From: Candidatus Woesearchaeota archaeon
GTDB lineage: Archaea > Nanobdellota > Nanobdellia > Pacearchaeales > GW2011-AR1
Direction: 5' to 3'
Assembly (NCBI GenBank): GCA_964482665.1
Contig: CAYZYW010000003.1
Span: 1-44,763, forward strand
Length of the DNA: 44,763 nucleotides
Shown here: in pieces, positions 33,776-44,632 of the stretch
How the letters are laid out: the number at the start of each line of letters is the position of its first letter
Position numbering within the stretch: position 1 is the first letter of the stretch
Position numbers and translations under genes: made by a program
The notes under the pieces: model-generated
Seen by the model: only the letters and a program-made list of their open reading frames with translations
Database searches by the model: none
Told to the model about the DNA's origin: nothing

Positions 33776-34921
33776 ATGGGACAAAAAATAGCATTATTTC
33801 ATCCTTGGATTAAATCTCTTGGGGGGGCTGAAAGAGTAGTCCTTGAATTGTTAGAAAAATCTAAGCACAATATAGATATCTACACTTGGCTATACGACAA
33901 GGAAAAAACTTTCCATGAATTTAAAAAATATAATATAAATATCTTAACCCCAAAATTTTGTAAAAAATTTGCTAGATTTCATATTTTAAGGGGATTATTC
34001 TTGCCTTTAAGTATGTTAAAAAAAATCCCTCTTGATAAATATGACAAATTTTTAATTTCAACTTCGGGTGTTGGTGAATTTATAACTTTTAGAAATTATA
34101 AAAAAGGGCAAACTTATGCTTATGTCCATACGCCATTAAGAGATGCTAATAAAAAAATTATAAAATGGAACTTAAAAAATAGATATTCCTCAAAAATAAA
34201 AAAATTAATTTATCTTTTTTCAGTAAAAATTTATAAAATTTTTGAAAAAATTGCATGGAAAAAACTAGATGTAGTAATATTTAATTCAGAACTAAGTCGA
34301 TCTCGAGCCAAGGAAAGTAATTTAATAACAAATCAAAATAAACATATTATCTATCCTCCCGTAAACTTTTCTAAGTTTGGGGAATTGGAAGTAAAAAAAG
34401 GGAAACACTTTGTTTATATTTCTAGATTAAATCCTCCAAAAAGACAAGATATTTTAATTGAGGCTTGGAAAAAATTCTCTAAAAAAAATAAGGGATATAA
34501 ATTAATTTTAATAGGAACTCCAGATAATAAAAAATATTATAAAAAATTGTTAAATTTATCTAAAGAAGATTCCTCTATTGAAATAATGTCAGGCGTTTCA
34601 GATAAAGAATTAGGGGAAATTCTAAGCAATGCAAAGGCAGGAATTTTTCTAGGATACCAAGAAGACTTTGGCATCATCCCCCTAGAAATTCTTGCTGCTA
34701 AAAAACCCTTATTAGCTGTGAACGAAGGAGGGTATTTTAAACTTATAAAAAAGCATCCCTTATTTCATAAAATAAGAGAGAGGCACGATAAAAAAGATAT
34801 GATTAACGAAGTTGCTAAAGAATTAGATAAATTTATGAGCAAAAAATATGTAAAAAATACTGTTGAAAAAATAAAGATTAAAAATTTTATTAAAAAAATG
34901 GATGAGGTATTGGGAATATGA
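33776..34921 (+). CDS. Glycosyltransferase, GT4 family (GT-B, Glycos_transf_1)
   Basis: 381 aa. GGAERVV N-terminal motif and EDFGIIPLEILAAKKPLLAVNEGG (E(x7)E-type) C-terminal motif. Confidence 0.75.
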   Translation: MGQKIALFHPWIKSLGGAERVVLELLEKSKHNIDIYTWLYDKEKTFHEFKKYNINILTPKFCKKFARFHILRGLFLPLSMLKKIPLDKYDKFLISTSGVGEFITFRNYKKGQTYAYVHTPLRDANKKIIKWNLKNRYSSKIKKLIYLFSVKIYKIFEKIAWKKLDVVIFNSELSRSRAKESNLITNQNKHIIYPPVNFSKFGELEVKKGKHFVYISRLNPPKRQDILIEAWKKFSKKNKGYKLILIGTPDNKKYYKKLLNLSKEDSSIEIMSGVSDKELGEILSNAKAGIFLGYQEDFGIIPLEILAAKKPLLAVNEGGYFKLIKKHPLFHKIRERHDKKDMINEVAKELDKFMSKKYVKNTVEKIKIKNFIKKMDEVLGI

Positions 34922-36006
34922 AGATTTACTTACAATATCCTTGGAAATTTCCAGATTCTCCTTATTACAAATATTTATTAAAAGAAATTCCAGAAGAAAT
35001 TAAATATCTTAATGTTGAAAAACAAAAAGGTGTCATTGTAAATAAAAGATTTTTTTGGTTTTCTAACTTTTTAAAAAAATACATAAGAAAATTTACAAAA
35101 TTTCTGTATCCTTCAATGTTAAATGCACACTTAAGTCCAAATGGAAATTATGACTTAATACATTGTGCCCATTGTTTAAGTAAAAATACAAATAAATCAT
35201 GGGTTTTTGATATGGAGGCTTTTTGGCAATTTTGGATATCTACCAAGCAAACAAAACTTGGGTTGAAAAAAGTTGAAAAAATTTTAAAAAGAAAAAATTG
35301 TAAAAAAATTTTACCTTGGACAGAAAAAATAGAAAATGAGTTTATTAACGCATTTCCAAAATTAAAAGAAAAAATAGAACGAGTTTATCCTGCGGTTCCG
35401 TTGATGAGAAAATCTAAATCTTTTAATAAAAAAGAATTAACCCTTCTTTTTGTTGGAAGATATTTTTACTGGAAAGGTGGACTTCATGCCACTAAAGCCA
35501 TTGATAAATTAACAAAAAAACATCCAAATATCAAAGGTATTGTAATATCTGATATCCCGGAGTGGGTAAAAAATAAATATTCAAAAAATGAGAAAATAAA
35601 ATTTTACTCACTTATGTCACAAAAAAAAGTTTTTGATATGTATAAAAAATCTGACATACTTATTTATCCTGGATATACTGACAGTTTTGGTTTTGCTTAT
35701 CTAGAAGCAATGAGTTTTGGTATTCCAATAATTACCGTTGATGGATGGAGTAGAAAAGAAATTGTATCCGAGGGTAAAACTGGCTTCGTTATAGATCGTC
35801 CTAAAAAAATCAAATGGAACAGCATTGGTAATACTGAGTCTAAAATAATTGACGATATGGTGAATAAAGCCTCTTTGTTGATTGCGGATAAGAAAATTCT
35901 TAAAAATATGAGTAAAAATTGCATTAAAGAGATAGAATCTGGAAAATTTTCAATTAAAAAAAGAAATAAAAATTTAATAAAAATTTATAATGAGGCAATA
36001 GAATGA
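34918..36006 (+). CDS. Glycosyltransferase, GT4 family
   Basis: 362 aa. DSFGFAYLEAMSFGIPIITVD motif. ATGA overlap with the upstream GT. Confidence 0.75.
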   Translation: MKIYLQYPWKFPDSPYYKYLLKEIPEEIKYLNVEKQKGVIVNKRFFWFSNFLKKYIRKFTKFLYPSMLNAHLSPNGNYDLIHCAHCLSKNTNKSWVFDMEAFWQFWISTKQTKLGLKKVEKILKRKNCKKILPWTEKIENEFINAFPKLKEKIERVYPAVPLMRKSKSFNKKELTLLFVGRYFYWKGGLHATKAIDKLTKKHPNIKGIVISDIPEWVKNKYSKNEKIKFYSLMSQKKVFDMYKKSDILIYPGYTDSFGFAYLEAMSFGIPIITVDGWSRKEIVSEGKTGFVIDRPKKIKWNSIGNTESKIIDDMVNKASLLIADKKILKNMSKNCIKEIESGKFSIKKRNKNLIKIYNEAIE

Positions 36007-36563
36007 AAAAGTTGAACGTTGGTTGTGGAAAAGAAATTCTAAAAAAATGGATAAATTTAGATTTTATAAAAGCAGAGGGCGTAGATATCGTCCATAATTT
36101 AGATATTACCCCTTATCCTTTTGAGGACAATACTTTTGATCACATAAGAGCATCTCAAATAATAGAACATCTAAACGATCCAGAAAATTTTCTAAGAGAA
36201 TTGTGGAGAATTTCCAAACCAGGAGCAAAAATAAATATCGGCACGGTCCACTTTTCTGCACCAACAGTCTGGGGAGATATAACCCATAAAAGACCTTATC
36301 AATCAGATACTTTAAATTATTTCAACATTAAATATAAAGATAGAAAACGCCAAGCACTAAGTCTTTCAAATTGTGGAAAAGAATATTTTCATGTTAAATC
36401 AAGAATTTGGTTCAGATACTTTTTCACTCCATTAAGATATATTGTAAACATAAATCGATACACTCAATTAATTTATGAGAGATGGTTTTCTGGAATATTT
36501 AGGGCAGATGGGCAAAGTTATGATTTAATTGTAGTCAAACCCTGGGATGGGGGAAAATATTAA
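36003..36563 (+). CDS. Class I SAM-dependent methyltransferase
   Basis: 186 aa. LNVGCGKE (motif I) and FDHIRASQIIEHLNDPENFLRELWRISKPGAKI (Methyltransf_11-like). Confidence 0.7.
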   Translation: MKKLNVGCGKEILKKWINLDFIKAEGVDIVHNLDITPYPFEDNTFDHIRASQIIEHLNDPENFLRELWRISKPGAKINIGTVHFSAPTVWGDITHKRPYQSDTLNYFNIKYKDRKRQALSLSNCGKEYFHVKSRIWFRYFFTPLRYIVNINRYTQLIYERWFSGIFRADGQSYDLIVVKPWDGGKY

Positions 36564-36564
36564 A

Positions 36565-37701
36565 ATGAAATCCATCTGCTTAATTTCTGGATCATCTCCA
36601 AGATTTCTTGGAGGAATTTCCCTTTACCAAAAAAACCTTATTCATTATGCGAAAAAGAAAAAATTGGATTTAAAATTTACATGGATTTATCCTGGGAAGA
36701 AAAATGTAAGATATTATCACCAAGGATTTAAGTGTATTGAAATTAAATCCTTCAAATATCCTCTCTTAAAAGAGTTTTATTTTTCTAGAAAAGTTAGAAA
36801 GTTATTAAAAAAAGAAAAATTTGATATAATTAATACTCATGCTAATTGGGGATATTGCCTTAGGGATTATCTTAAAAAGAAAAATCAAAAAATAATTCAC
36901 ACATATCATGGGGTTACCGCCCCATATATGAAAATTCAGTTTGTAAAATTTGGTCTCCTTAGATATCTTTTCTATCCTCTTCTTCCGCTTTTTCATCTCT
37001 CGGAAAAACCCCCTATGGAAAAAGCGGACAAGGTCATTTGTGTCTCCAATAAAGTAAAGTATATGCTGCAACAGATTTATAAGTCCAAAAGAAAAATGCA
37101 AACAATAAGGACTGGCGTTGACCTTAAGGTATTTAAGAAATTGAATAAAGAAAAGTCCAGAAAAGAATTGAAACTAAAAGGAGATAAAATTTATGGTCTT
37201 TATTCTGGTAGGGGAGGATATTGGAACAAGGGTTTAAGTCGGGCAGTGTCTCTCGGTAAAGAATTGTATAATCAAAATAAAAATTTTAGACTAATTGTTA
37301 TTGGTTCGGATAAGAAAAAATGTGAAAAATATTTAAAAGAAAAATTTATTACCTATAAGGGTGTTGTAAAAAGACAAGCTCTTCCAGGATATTATTCTGC
37401 CTGCAACTTCTTCCTCTTTTTATCTCGGTCTGAAGGGGGAGCGCCTGCACTAGCTTTGTCTGAGGCTCTTGCTTCAGAATGTTTATCTATCTGTTCAAGT
37501 GATTCACGTCCCGAAATCTTATTGCACAAAAAAGATTGCTTAATTATTGAAAGCTATGGGAAAATTCAATCTAAACAAATATTAAATCTATTAAAAAATA
37601 AAACAAAAACTGAAAACATGAAAAAGTCTGCAAAAAATAAAATGATAAATTTATCTCTGGAAAAATGGGGAGAGAAATATTTTGAGGTTATACTAAAATG
37701 A
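36565..37701 (+). CDS. Glycosyltransferase, GT4 family
   Basis: Start moved to ATG 36565 (MKSICLISG...), after the methyltransferase stop. SRSEGGAPALALSEALASE motif. Confidence 0.65.
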   Translation: MKSICLISGSSPRFLGGISLYQKNLIHYAKKKKLDLKFTWIYPGKKNVRYYHQGFKCIEIKSFKYPLLKEFYFSRKVRKLLKKEKFDIINTHANWGYCLRDYLKKKNQKIIHTYHGVTAPYMKIQFVKFGLLRYLFYPLLPLFHLSEKPPMEKADKVICVSNKVKYMLQQIYKSKRKMQTIRTGVDLKVFKKLNKEKSRKELKLKGDKIYGLYSGRGGYWNKGLSRAVSLGKELYNQNKNFRLIVIGSDKKKCEKYLKEKFITYKGVVKRQALPGYYSACNFFLFLSRSEGGAPALALSEALASECLSICSSDSRPEILLHKKDCLIIESYGKIQSKQILNLLKNKTKTENMKKSAKNKMINLSLEKWGEKYFEVILK

Positions 37702-38597
37702 AAAATTCAAAAATTGCAATAATCATTTCGACATATAGTCAAGACAAGCTTCTAGAGAAAAATATTGAATCTATTGTGAACAATACTCTCAAAATTGATC
37801 CTAAAATTTGCTTGATTGATGATGCTAGCGATAACAGAATTGGAGAAAAAATAAAAAATAAATTTCCTTTTGTTGAAGTCTCTACAAATAAACAAAATTT
37901 TGGATTTTCAAAATCATATAATCTTGGAATTATGGGGGCAAGAAAAAAGTATAATCCTGATTGGTTTTTAATTTATAATGATGACTGTGAATTTGTCGGC
38001 AAGGGGTTTTTAGATAAATTCCTTGACAAGGTAAAAAAATTTCCAAAAGTAGGTATCTTTGGATGTAAATTAATTTATCCAGAAGGATCGATCCAATGGG
38101 GAATTAAAAAAAGCAAACCCTATTTCTTTGAGAAAAAGGGAACCTTGGAAAAATTAAAAGAGTTTTCGAAAGATAGTAACTCAAAAGAGGTTATCGGAGC
38201 ATTTATGCTAATTAAAAAAGAAGTTTTTGAAAAAATTGGACTTTTTGATGAGAAATTTTCTCCTTTCTATGGGGAAGAATCAGACCTTTGTCTTAGAGCT
38301 CTTAAAGCGGGTTGGGATATAAAATATTTTGGAAATTTTGAAATTGTCCATCATAGAAATAAATCCATAAGTAAACTTTCTGAAAAAAAAGTCTGGTTTA
38401 TAAAAAAAAGAAATTCCATTAGATTAGAATTTAAACATTACCCTCTATGGAAAATATTTTATTATGGGTTCATTCACTTTGGATCTGTTTTTAAAAAAAA
38501 TAACTTTCCATTTACTAAAAAAATTAATCTATTAACTGAAGCGTATTTGTTTAATTTTAAAGAATTCTTTAAAATTAAACAAAAGAAAATTCTTTAA
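37698..38597 (+). CDS. Glycosyltransferase family 2
   Basis: 299 aa. IIISTYSQDK...IDDASDN (DxD region), NDDCEF, GAFMLIKKEVFEKIGLFDEKF. Confidence 0.75.
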   Translation: MKNSKIAIIISTYSQDKLLEKNIESIVNNTLKIDPKICLIDDASDNRIGEKIKNKFPFVEVSTNKQNFGFSKSYNLGIMGARKKYNPDWFLIYNDDCEFVGKGFLDKFLDKVKKFPKVGIFGCKLIYPEGSIQWGIKKSKPYFFEKKGTLEKLKEFSKDSNSKEVIGAFMLIKKEVFEKIGLFDEKFSPFYGEESDLCLRALKAGWDIKYFGNFEIVHHRNKSISKLSEKKVWFIKKRNSIRLEFKHYPLWKIFYYGFIHFGSVFKKNNFPFTKKINLLTEAYLFNFKEFFKIKQKKIL

Positions 38598-38679
38598 AAA
38601 TCTCCCTATGTTAAAAAATGAATGGTGCTTATGTTTCATCTATATATTTTATCACAATTAACTTTATAAGTTTAATTTC

Positions 38680-39354
38680 ATGTTTAATTCTATGAAGATT
38701 TTAGATATAAAGAACTTAAGCATACCTGAAATAAAAGTTATAAAATTTGCAAGATTTTGTGATGATCGAGGATATTTCACCGAACAATTTAGAAAAAGTC
38801 AATTATTAGAAGATCCTGAAATATATTTCTTGAATGATGTGGAATTTATGCAGGCGAATCAAAGTTCTTCAAAAAAAGGAGTTATAAGAGGTTTGCATTT
38901 TCAATGGAATCCCAATATGGGAAAACTTGTACGAACATTGTCTGGACATATGGTGGATTTAGTTTTAGACATAAGAGAAGGATCTCCAACTCAGGGAAAG
39001 ATTGTCGGATATGATATGCCTGCTAATAATGATAGAAAGTATGATGAATGGATTTGGGTTCCGGAAGGGTTTGCGCATGGAAACTATTTTCCAGAATCAG
39101 GAATGATTGAATATATGTGTTCCAGTGAATACAGCCCTCAATGTGAAGCTGGAATCTCTCCTCTTTCAAAAGACTTGGATTGGTCACTATGTGATCCAAA
39201 GCTAAAAAAAGGCTTTGATGAGATTCAGGAGTATGGAGCTATAATTTCAGATAAAGACAGAGATGCTCCTTCTTTTAATGATTGGATGGAGGATGAAAGA
39301 TCTAAAAATTTTATTTATACTAAGTCGGAAAATAAAGGTTATCAACATGAATAG
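38680..39354 (+). CDS. rmlC: dTDP-4-dehydrorhamnose 3,5-epimerase (RmlC-like cupin)
   Basis: FCDDRGYFTEQFR, IRGLHFQ, VDLVLDIREGSPTQGK, VPEGFAHG motifs. Confidence 0.8.
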   Translation: MFNSMKILDIKNLSIPEIKVIKFARFCDDRGYFTEQFRKSQLLEDPEIYFLNDVEFMQANQSSSKKGVIRGLHFQWNPNMGKLVRTLSGHMVDLVLDIREGSPTQGKIVGYDMPANNDRKYDEWIWVPEGFAHGNYFPESGMIEYMCSSEYSPQCEAGISPLSKDLDWSLCDPKLKKGFDEIQEYGAIISDKDRDAPSFNDWMEDERSKNFIYTKSENKGYQHE

Positions 39355-40078
39355 AAAACAAATTTTATTTACTGGGGGAACTGGCCTTCTTGGATCTAAT
39401 ATGAAAAAAATGTTTACAGATGCCCTTTTTCCAACACATCAGGAACTTGATGTCTCAAGTTATTCTCAAGTAATAAGGTACTTTGCAGATAAAGAAATTC
39501 AAACATTGGTTCATGCTGCAGCATTTACATCTCCTCCAAAAGTGGATACAAATCCAATAGAAGCTATTAATTCAAATATTATTGGAACTTCAAATATTAC
39601 AAAACTTTGTATTGAGAGAAATATGAGATTGGTATACATATCAACAGATTATGTATTTAGGGGTGATCGTGGAGAATATTCCGAGGAGGATGCAGTTTTT
39701 CCTGTAAATAAATATGCTTGGTCTAAATTAGGGGGAGAATGTGCAGTTCAGTTATGTCCCAATTCATTAATTATTAGAACATCTTTTGGGTCAGATATAT
39801 TTCCTTACGAAAGTGCATTTGCTGATCAGTATACTAGTAGAGTTGGGGTTTCTGATTTGACAACAAAATTATTACCAATAATTGAAGATCAAAACTTAAA
39901 AGGCATAATTCATATAGGGGCGAATAGGAGAACAGTTATAGATTTTGCAAGAAGATTAGACCCCTCAAGAAAAATTGGAGAAATGTCAATAGGTGATGTT
40001 AATTTTAACGTGCCGGTAGATACCTCTCTTAACTGTTCTAAATATAATAAATGGCTTCAAGAGAGTAGTAACAAATGA
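39347..40078 (+). CDS. rmlD: dTDP-4-dehydrorhamnose reductase (RmlD-like)
   Basis: Start moved to ATG 39347 (MNRKQILFTGGTGLLGS, Rossmann motif). STDYVF and YAWSKLGGE (YxxxK) motifs. 8-nt overlap with rmlC. Confidence 0.7.
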   Translation: MNRKQILFTGGTGLLGSNMKKMFTDALFPTHQELDVSSYSQVIRYFADKEIQTLVHAAAFTSPPKVDTNPIEAINSNIIGTSNITKLCIERNMRLVYISTDYVFRGDRGEYSEEDAVFPVNKYAWSKLGGECAVQLCPNSLIIRTSFGSDIFPYESAFADQYTSRVGVSDLTTKLLPIIEDQNLKGIIHIGANRRTVIDFARRLDPSRKIGEMSIGDVNFNVPVDTSLNCSKYNKWLQESSNK

Positions 40079-41040
40079 CAAAACTTTTGATTGCAGGAGG
40101 GGCAGGATATATTGGTTCAAAATTAGTTCCAGAACTTCTTAAAAGAGGATACGATCTAGATGTGGCAGATTTACTTTGGTTTGGAAATAATCTTCCTAAA
40201 GAAGTTCGTGTAATAAAAAAAGATATATTTGACCTAAGAAAGAAAGATCTAGAGGGATACGACCAAGCCATTTTTCTTGGGGGATTGTCTAATGATCCAA
40301 TGGCCGAATTTAGTCCAAAGTTAAATTTCATACATAATTCGGCTCTTCCCCAATATCTAGCTTTTCAATCTAAAGAAGCTGGAATTAAAAAATTTATTTA
40401 TGCTTCTTCTTGTTCAATATATGGATATACTCAAGATAAGTTGTTTGATGAAAATTCTCCAACAACATGCGGTTATCCTTATGGTATATCAAAACTTCAA
40501 GGGGAAAATGGATGTATGCAGCTGCAAGATAAAGATTTTTCGGTAATATCTTTAAGGCAAGGAACAATGGGGGGATTTAGTCCAAGAATGAGAACAGATC
40601 TTGTTGTGAATGCCATGTTTAAGAATTCTATATTAGAACAAAAATTGACTGTAAATAACCCCTCTATATGGAGACCCTTGTGTGACATAAGGGATGCTAC
40701 TACGGCGTATATTCGCGCAATCCAGGCAGATCAATCTGTGAGTGGTATTTTTAATATCGCCTCTGAAAATTATACTATTGGAGAAGTTGGAGATTTAGTT
40801 AAACAAGAGGTTGAAAAATTAACTGGAGATAAAATAAAATTAACAATCAAAGACATGCAAGATTTTAGAAATTATAAAATTTCATTTGAAAAAGCAAAAA
40901 TAGTATTGGGATATAATCCTAAATATGGCGTTAGAGATACTGTGGAAGACTTATATTCCAACTTGGAAAAAATTGGTAATATTGGAAATCCAGAATTTTC
41001 AAACATATATATGTTTAAACAATTAAAATTAGATAAATAA
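40075..41040 (+). CDS. NAD-dependent sugar epimerase/dehydratase (extended SDR)
   Basis: LIAGGAGYIGSKLV Rossmann motif and YGISKLQGE (YxxxK). Substrate not assignable from sequence. Confidence 0.7.
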   Translation: MTKLLIAGGAGYIGSKLVPELLKRGYDLDVADLLWFGNNLPKEVRVIKKDIFDLRKKDLEGYDQAIFLGGLSNDPMAEFSPKLNFIHNSALPQYLAFQSKEAGIKKFIYASSCSIYGYTQDKLFDENSPTTCGYPYGISKLQGENGCMQLQDKDFSVISLRQGTMGGFSPRMRTDLVVNAMFKNSILEQKLTVNNPSIWRPLCDIRDATTAYIRAIQADQSVSGIFNIASENYTIGEVGDLVKQEVEKLTGDKIKLTIKDMQDFRNYKISFEKAKIVLGYNPKYGVRDTVEDLYSNLEKIGNIGNPEFSNIYMFKQLKLDK

Positions 41041-42096
41041 TTAGATTCTAACAGACTCGCAAACATCACAGACTGTAAATGTTTTATTTTTAGGTTTTTC
41101 TTTAGAAAACCTACTTCGGGCCGAAACATATTTTTTATTATTCCAAACAGATTTTAGGTCATTTTTTAATAAATTTCCAAAATCTGTTTTCTTGTCATAT
41201 AGTGCACAACAGGGAGAAGTGGTCCCTTCAGGATTAACAAATAAATATCTAAATGGATAAACACACGCACCTTGAATATTTATAGTTGAAGATGCTTCAA
41301 TGGGAGTACATTTAAAATATTTAGAAACCCACTCTTCTACAATTTCTTTATTTAACTTCCAACCTTTTCTTCGAATCAATTGACTTGTTCTCATGTAAAG
41401 AAAATTTATTTTTATTCCCAATTTTTGAGCTATTGCACTTGCCTTATCTACATCATCTTCATTTTTTTTAGATATTAAATACTGCCAAACTATCCTTGGA
41501 TAATTTGAATTTAATTCTTTTTTTCTCCTAATTATTTTTTTAAGATTCTCTAGAACTTTATCAAAATTTCCACCTTTTCTGTATTTGCCATATGTTGCCT
41601 GAGATGCCCCATCTAAAGAAACAACCATTTTATCTAACTTTAATTTTATTATCGAATCAATCATTTCTTTAGATATATTATTGAGATTTGTGCTCAATAA
41701 TATTCCCACTTTATTTTTTTTTGTATATTTGATAATCTTTAAAATATCTGGATTCAAAAAGGGCTCTCCCCAGTTGTATAAATTAACAACAAAGGCATAT
41801 TGTTTTATCTTATCAAAAATAATCTTATAATCTTCAAAAGACATGAGCTTTTTTTCACGATCGGGACAATTTGTTCCAGTAGGACACAAGGGGCATTTTA
41901 AGTTGCAAATATTGCCAATATCTATTCCATATGCCGATGGAAAAGAATTCATCCTTATTTTTTTTGAATTATATTCATACAAATTATACAAGACATTTAA
42001 TAGTTTTTTTAATGTAAGATTTTGCAAATATGAAAGATAGTTCTTATATAAAAAAATGTAATAGACTTTTTGTTTTAAATCTTTGAAATTAACCAT
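41041..42096 (-). CDS. Radical SAM protein with SPASM-like C-terminal Cys cluster
   Basis: IGNICNLKCPLCPTG (Cx3Cx2C). C-terminal cysteines ACVYPF...SPCCALY...CDVCES. The stop abuts the stop of the convergent epimerase gene. Confidence 0.7.
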   Translation of the reverse strand: MVNFKDLKQKVYYIFLYKNYLSYLQNLTLKKLLNVLYNLYEYNSKKIRMNSFPSAYGIDIGNICNLKCPLCPTGTNCPDREKKLMSFEDYKIIFDKIKQYAFVVNLYNWGEPFLNPDILKIIKYTKKNKVGILLSTNLNNISKEMIDSIIKLKLDKMVVSLDGASQATYGKYRKGGNFDKVLENLKKIIRRKKELNSNYPRIVWQYLISKKNEDDVDKASAIAQKLGIKINFLYMRTSQLIRRKGWKLNKEIVEEWVSKYFKCTPIEASSTINIQGACVYPFRYLFVNPEGTTSPCCALYDKKTDFGNLLKNDLKSVWNNKKYVSARSRFSKEKPKNKTFTVCDVCESVRI

Positions 42097-42129
42097 ATAA
42101 TTAAATCTTCTTAGAGTTTAAAAGATTTT

Positions 42130-43005
42130 TTATAAACAATCATGCCCACTTATTTTTCCCTTAATGCCCTTAAGGAAATCTTTGGCACCCTTTAAACTTA
42201 ATTTAGCATACGCTTTATTTTTCATTAATCCATATACTATTCTTGCGAAAGCTTCTAGTATCCAGTAAGAGTAAGCTATAATTTTATGCTTACTCCATTT
42301 TTGAATATAATATCCCCTATTTCTAAGAAGATAATAAGCAGCAGTTGGAGATTTTTCTCCCCCATAAGAATAAGCCACTTTGTGCCACAACTTAGCGCTT
42401 GGAACCCATGAGATTTTAAATCCTGCTCTTTGTGCACGCGTTTGCCATTCTGTTTCTTCGTAATATGCAAAGAGAGATGCGTCAAAAAGGTGAATCTTTT
42501 CAATAACTTTTCTGTTAACAAACATTGCAGAACCTACTGCTTGATCTACATCAACATTGTCATATTGCCCCTTATCTTTTTTCTTATTTCCTTTTAATTT
42601 AGCAACCATAAGAACTTCATTTACATCTGACCCTATTGCCCAAAAAGTATTTTTTCTATCGAAGAAATAATTTTTTACTCCTAAAATATCTGCTTTTTTC
42701 CTATTCTTCCATAGCTCTTCTAGAAAATTATCTGCCAAAATTATATCATTATTTATGATTAAAAAATAATTTCCTTTTGCATATTTTACTCCGCTATTAT
42801 GCCCTCCGGCATAACCTAAATTTTTTTTATTTGCAACTAGTTTTACAGATGGAAATTTTTTCTTGAGATATGATCCAGACCCATCAGTAGATGCATTATC
42901 AATTAAAATAACTTCATAACCCTTAAAGGTTTGTTTTTTTATTGACTTAAGACATTCTTCTGTTACTTTTTTCCCATTCCAATTTAAAAGCAATATGGAT
43001 ATCAT
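42130..43005 (-). CDS. Glycosyltransferase family 2
   Basis: ISILLLNWNG...LIDNASTDGS (DxD region), NLGYAGGHN, NNDIIL, YYEETEW motifs. Confidence 0.78.
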   Translation of the reverse strand: MISILLLNWNGKKVTEECLKSIKKQTFKGYEVILIDNASTDGSGSYLKKKFPSVKLVANKKNLGYAGGHNSGVKYAKGNYFLIINNDIILADNFLEELWKNRKKADILGVKNYFFDRKNTFWAIGSDVNEVLMVAKLKGNKKKDKGQYDNVDVDQAVGSAMFVNRKVIEKIHLFDASLFAYYEETEWQTRAQRAGFKISWVPSAKLWHKVAYSYGGEKSPTAAYYLLRNRGYYIQKWSKHKIIAYSYWILEAFARIVYGLMKNKAYAKLSLKGAKDFLKGIKGKISGHDCL

Positions 43006-43064
43006 TTATTTTTTAATGCAGGTATGCTTTTAAAGAATTCTAATTGAATATTATAATTCAATTT

Positions 43065-44582
43065 TCATAAAGCAATTCTACTTAAAGAACCTGCACTTTC
43101 ATTTATCCTCCTTATAATATATTCTTGAGGATTTATCTCTCTCCAAGCTCTTTCAACCAACTCTTTTAATCTTTTTGGATCAACTACTGTCTTCTCCATT
43201 ACTGGATTTTTCCAATTCATCTTGTCTGGGTCAAAATCCTCACTAATATGCCCTCCTTTAATAGCCAAAGAATATAACTTGCTTCCAGGAAAAGGAATTG
43301 GATGGAAAAAAGTTACATAAGGAGCTCCCCCTTCCTCAACCAATCTCCTGGATAGATCAAAGCTCATCCTTATCTCTTTTTCCGTTTCATCTGGAAAGCC
43401 AATCATTGTATTTATCGGCGCCTTGATCCCCCTATCTGAGATTGCCCTCATTAGCTTTACAAGATCCATTTTCTCCAAGCGTATTTTATTCGTAGCATAT
43501 TGCTTTTGAATCCTGGACGATCCAGACTCCAAAGGAAAAACAATTTGTCCAAACCCTGCTTCTTGTAAAATATCCAAAAACTCATAATCAATAACATACT
43601 TACCCTCTTTGGATCTTCTCTGAGAATCATATAAATTTATAATATTAACGCCGTTAACATCTAATATTGACAACCCCTTATCTTTGATTTTCCTAAAAAT
43701 GTCTTTTGCTCTTTTTTTATTGGCCAATAAGCTATCATCCTCAAAAAATAATTTTTCAATTCCTAGATCTTTTAATCTTTCAATTTCAGAGACCACTCTT
43801 TCCATAGAGTGTGTTTTATATATCCCAGTACCTCCGCTTTCAGAACCTTTTTTCTCTTCAGAAATATGGCAATATAAACAAGAAAAAGGACACCCTCTTG
43901 AGGTCATAATTGGAGCATATCTTTTTGGAATGTTTCCAGTTACATCTACCCCGTGAGCAGAGAAAATATTTTCATATTTTTTAAAAGGGAGCTTTTCCCA
44001 AGCAGGCATAAGTAATTCATCTAAATTGTTTGGAAAGCAGGATTTATCAACTGGATTCTCTCCACCTAAATATGCAAACCCGGGAGTTCTTTCCACTCCC
44101 TCATTAAGAACCCTTGGAAACACAAGCTCTCCTCCTGTTAAGCAGATGCCTTCAAAATACCCTGTATTCAAAAATCTTTGCTTTAAGGCTCTTGCATTGA
44201 CTCCTCCCGAAAAAATAGGGATTTGAGGATTTAATTCTTTTATTGCCTTAGCGGTCTCAAAAACCATATTAGTTTGGGGGGTAAAATTAGAATTTATTCC
44301 AACAAAATCATAACTTCCTTTGTTTACAAATGCTGCAATCTCTGAAAAATCCATACCAATTCTTATTAGTCCATTTTCTTGCTTAATTCTTCTATAAAAA
44401 GTATCTTCCAATTTTTGACAATCTCCTCCAACTGAAGCATCTAACACATCTGTCTCATACCCTTCTTTCTCTAGTTGCGATGCTAAATATAATGGTCCCA
44501 ATGATCCATCTGGTCGTGGAGTTTCAATATCCATTAACTGATTTGGGGGATAAATTAAAAGCACTTTAAGATCCTTAGTCAT
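43065..44582 (-). CDS. B12-binding-domain radical SAM protein (class B type)
   Basis: 505 aa. N-terminal Rossmann-like B12-binding region (KVLLIYPPN...GYETDVLDA...VGINSNF), then TSRGCPFSCLYCHI (Cx3Cx2C). Confidence 0.7.
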   Translation of the reverse strand: MTKDLKVLLIYPPNQLMDIETPRPDGSLGPLYLASQLEKEGYETDVLDASVGGDCQKLEDTFYRRIKQENGLIRIGMDFSEIAAFVNKGSYDFVGINSNFTPQTNMVFETAKAIKELNPQIPIFSGGVNARALKQRFLNTGYFEGICLTGGELVFPRVLNEGVERTPGFAYLGGENPVDKSCFPNNLDELLMPAWEKLPFKKYENIFSAHGVDVTGNIPKRYAPIMTSRGCPFSCLYCHISEEKKGSESGGTGIYKTHSMERVVSEIERLKDLGIEKLFFEDDSLLANKKRAKDIFRKIKDKGLSILDVNGVNIINLYDSQRRSKEGKYVIDYEFLDILQEAGFGQIVFPLESGSSRIQKQYATNKIRLEKMDLVKLMRAISDRGIKAPINTMIGFPDETEKEIRMSFDLSRRLVEEGGAPYVTFFHPIPFPGSKLYSLAIKGGHISEDFDPDKMNWKNPVMEKTVVDPKRLKELVERAWREINPQEYIIRRINESAGSLSRIAL

Positions 44583-44632
44583 ATCTTTTTACAAAGACTA
44601 TACTTTATAAAGATTATTATAGTTATGTTTAA

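Noticed and set aside
39263-39346. The N-terminal 28 codons of the ORF-track RmlD ORF (MLLLLMIGWRMKDL...), which overlap rmlC. The same issue affects the upstream extensions of the S8 (18929), L6 (19312), GT (36547), dfx (5204) and small membrane protein (11075) ORFs.
   Set aside because: These extensions overlap the preceding gene's coding region. The internal ATGs give canonical N-termini (Rossmann GGTGLLG, MSQDITADALN, etc.) with stop/start coupling.
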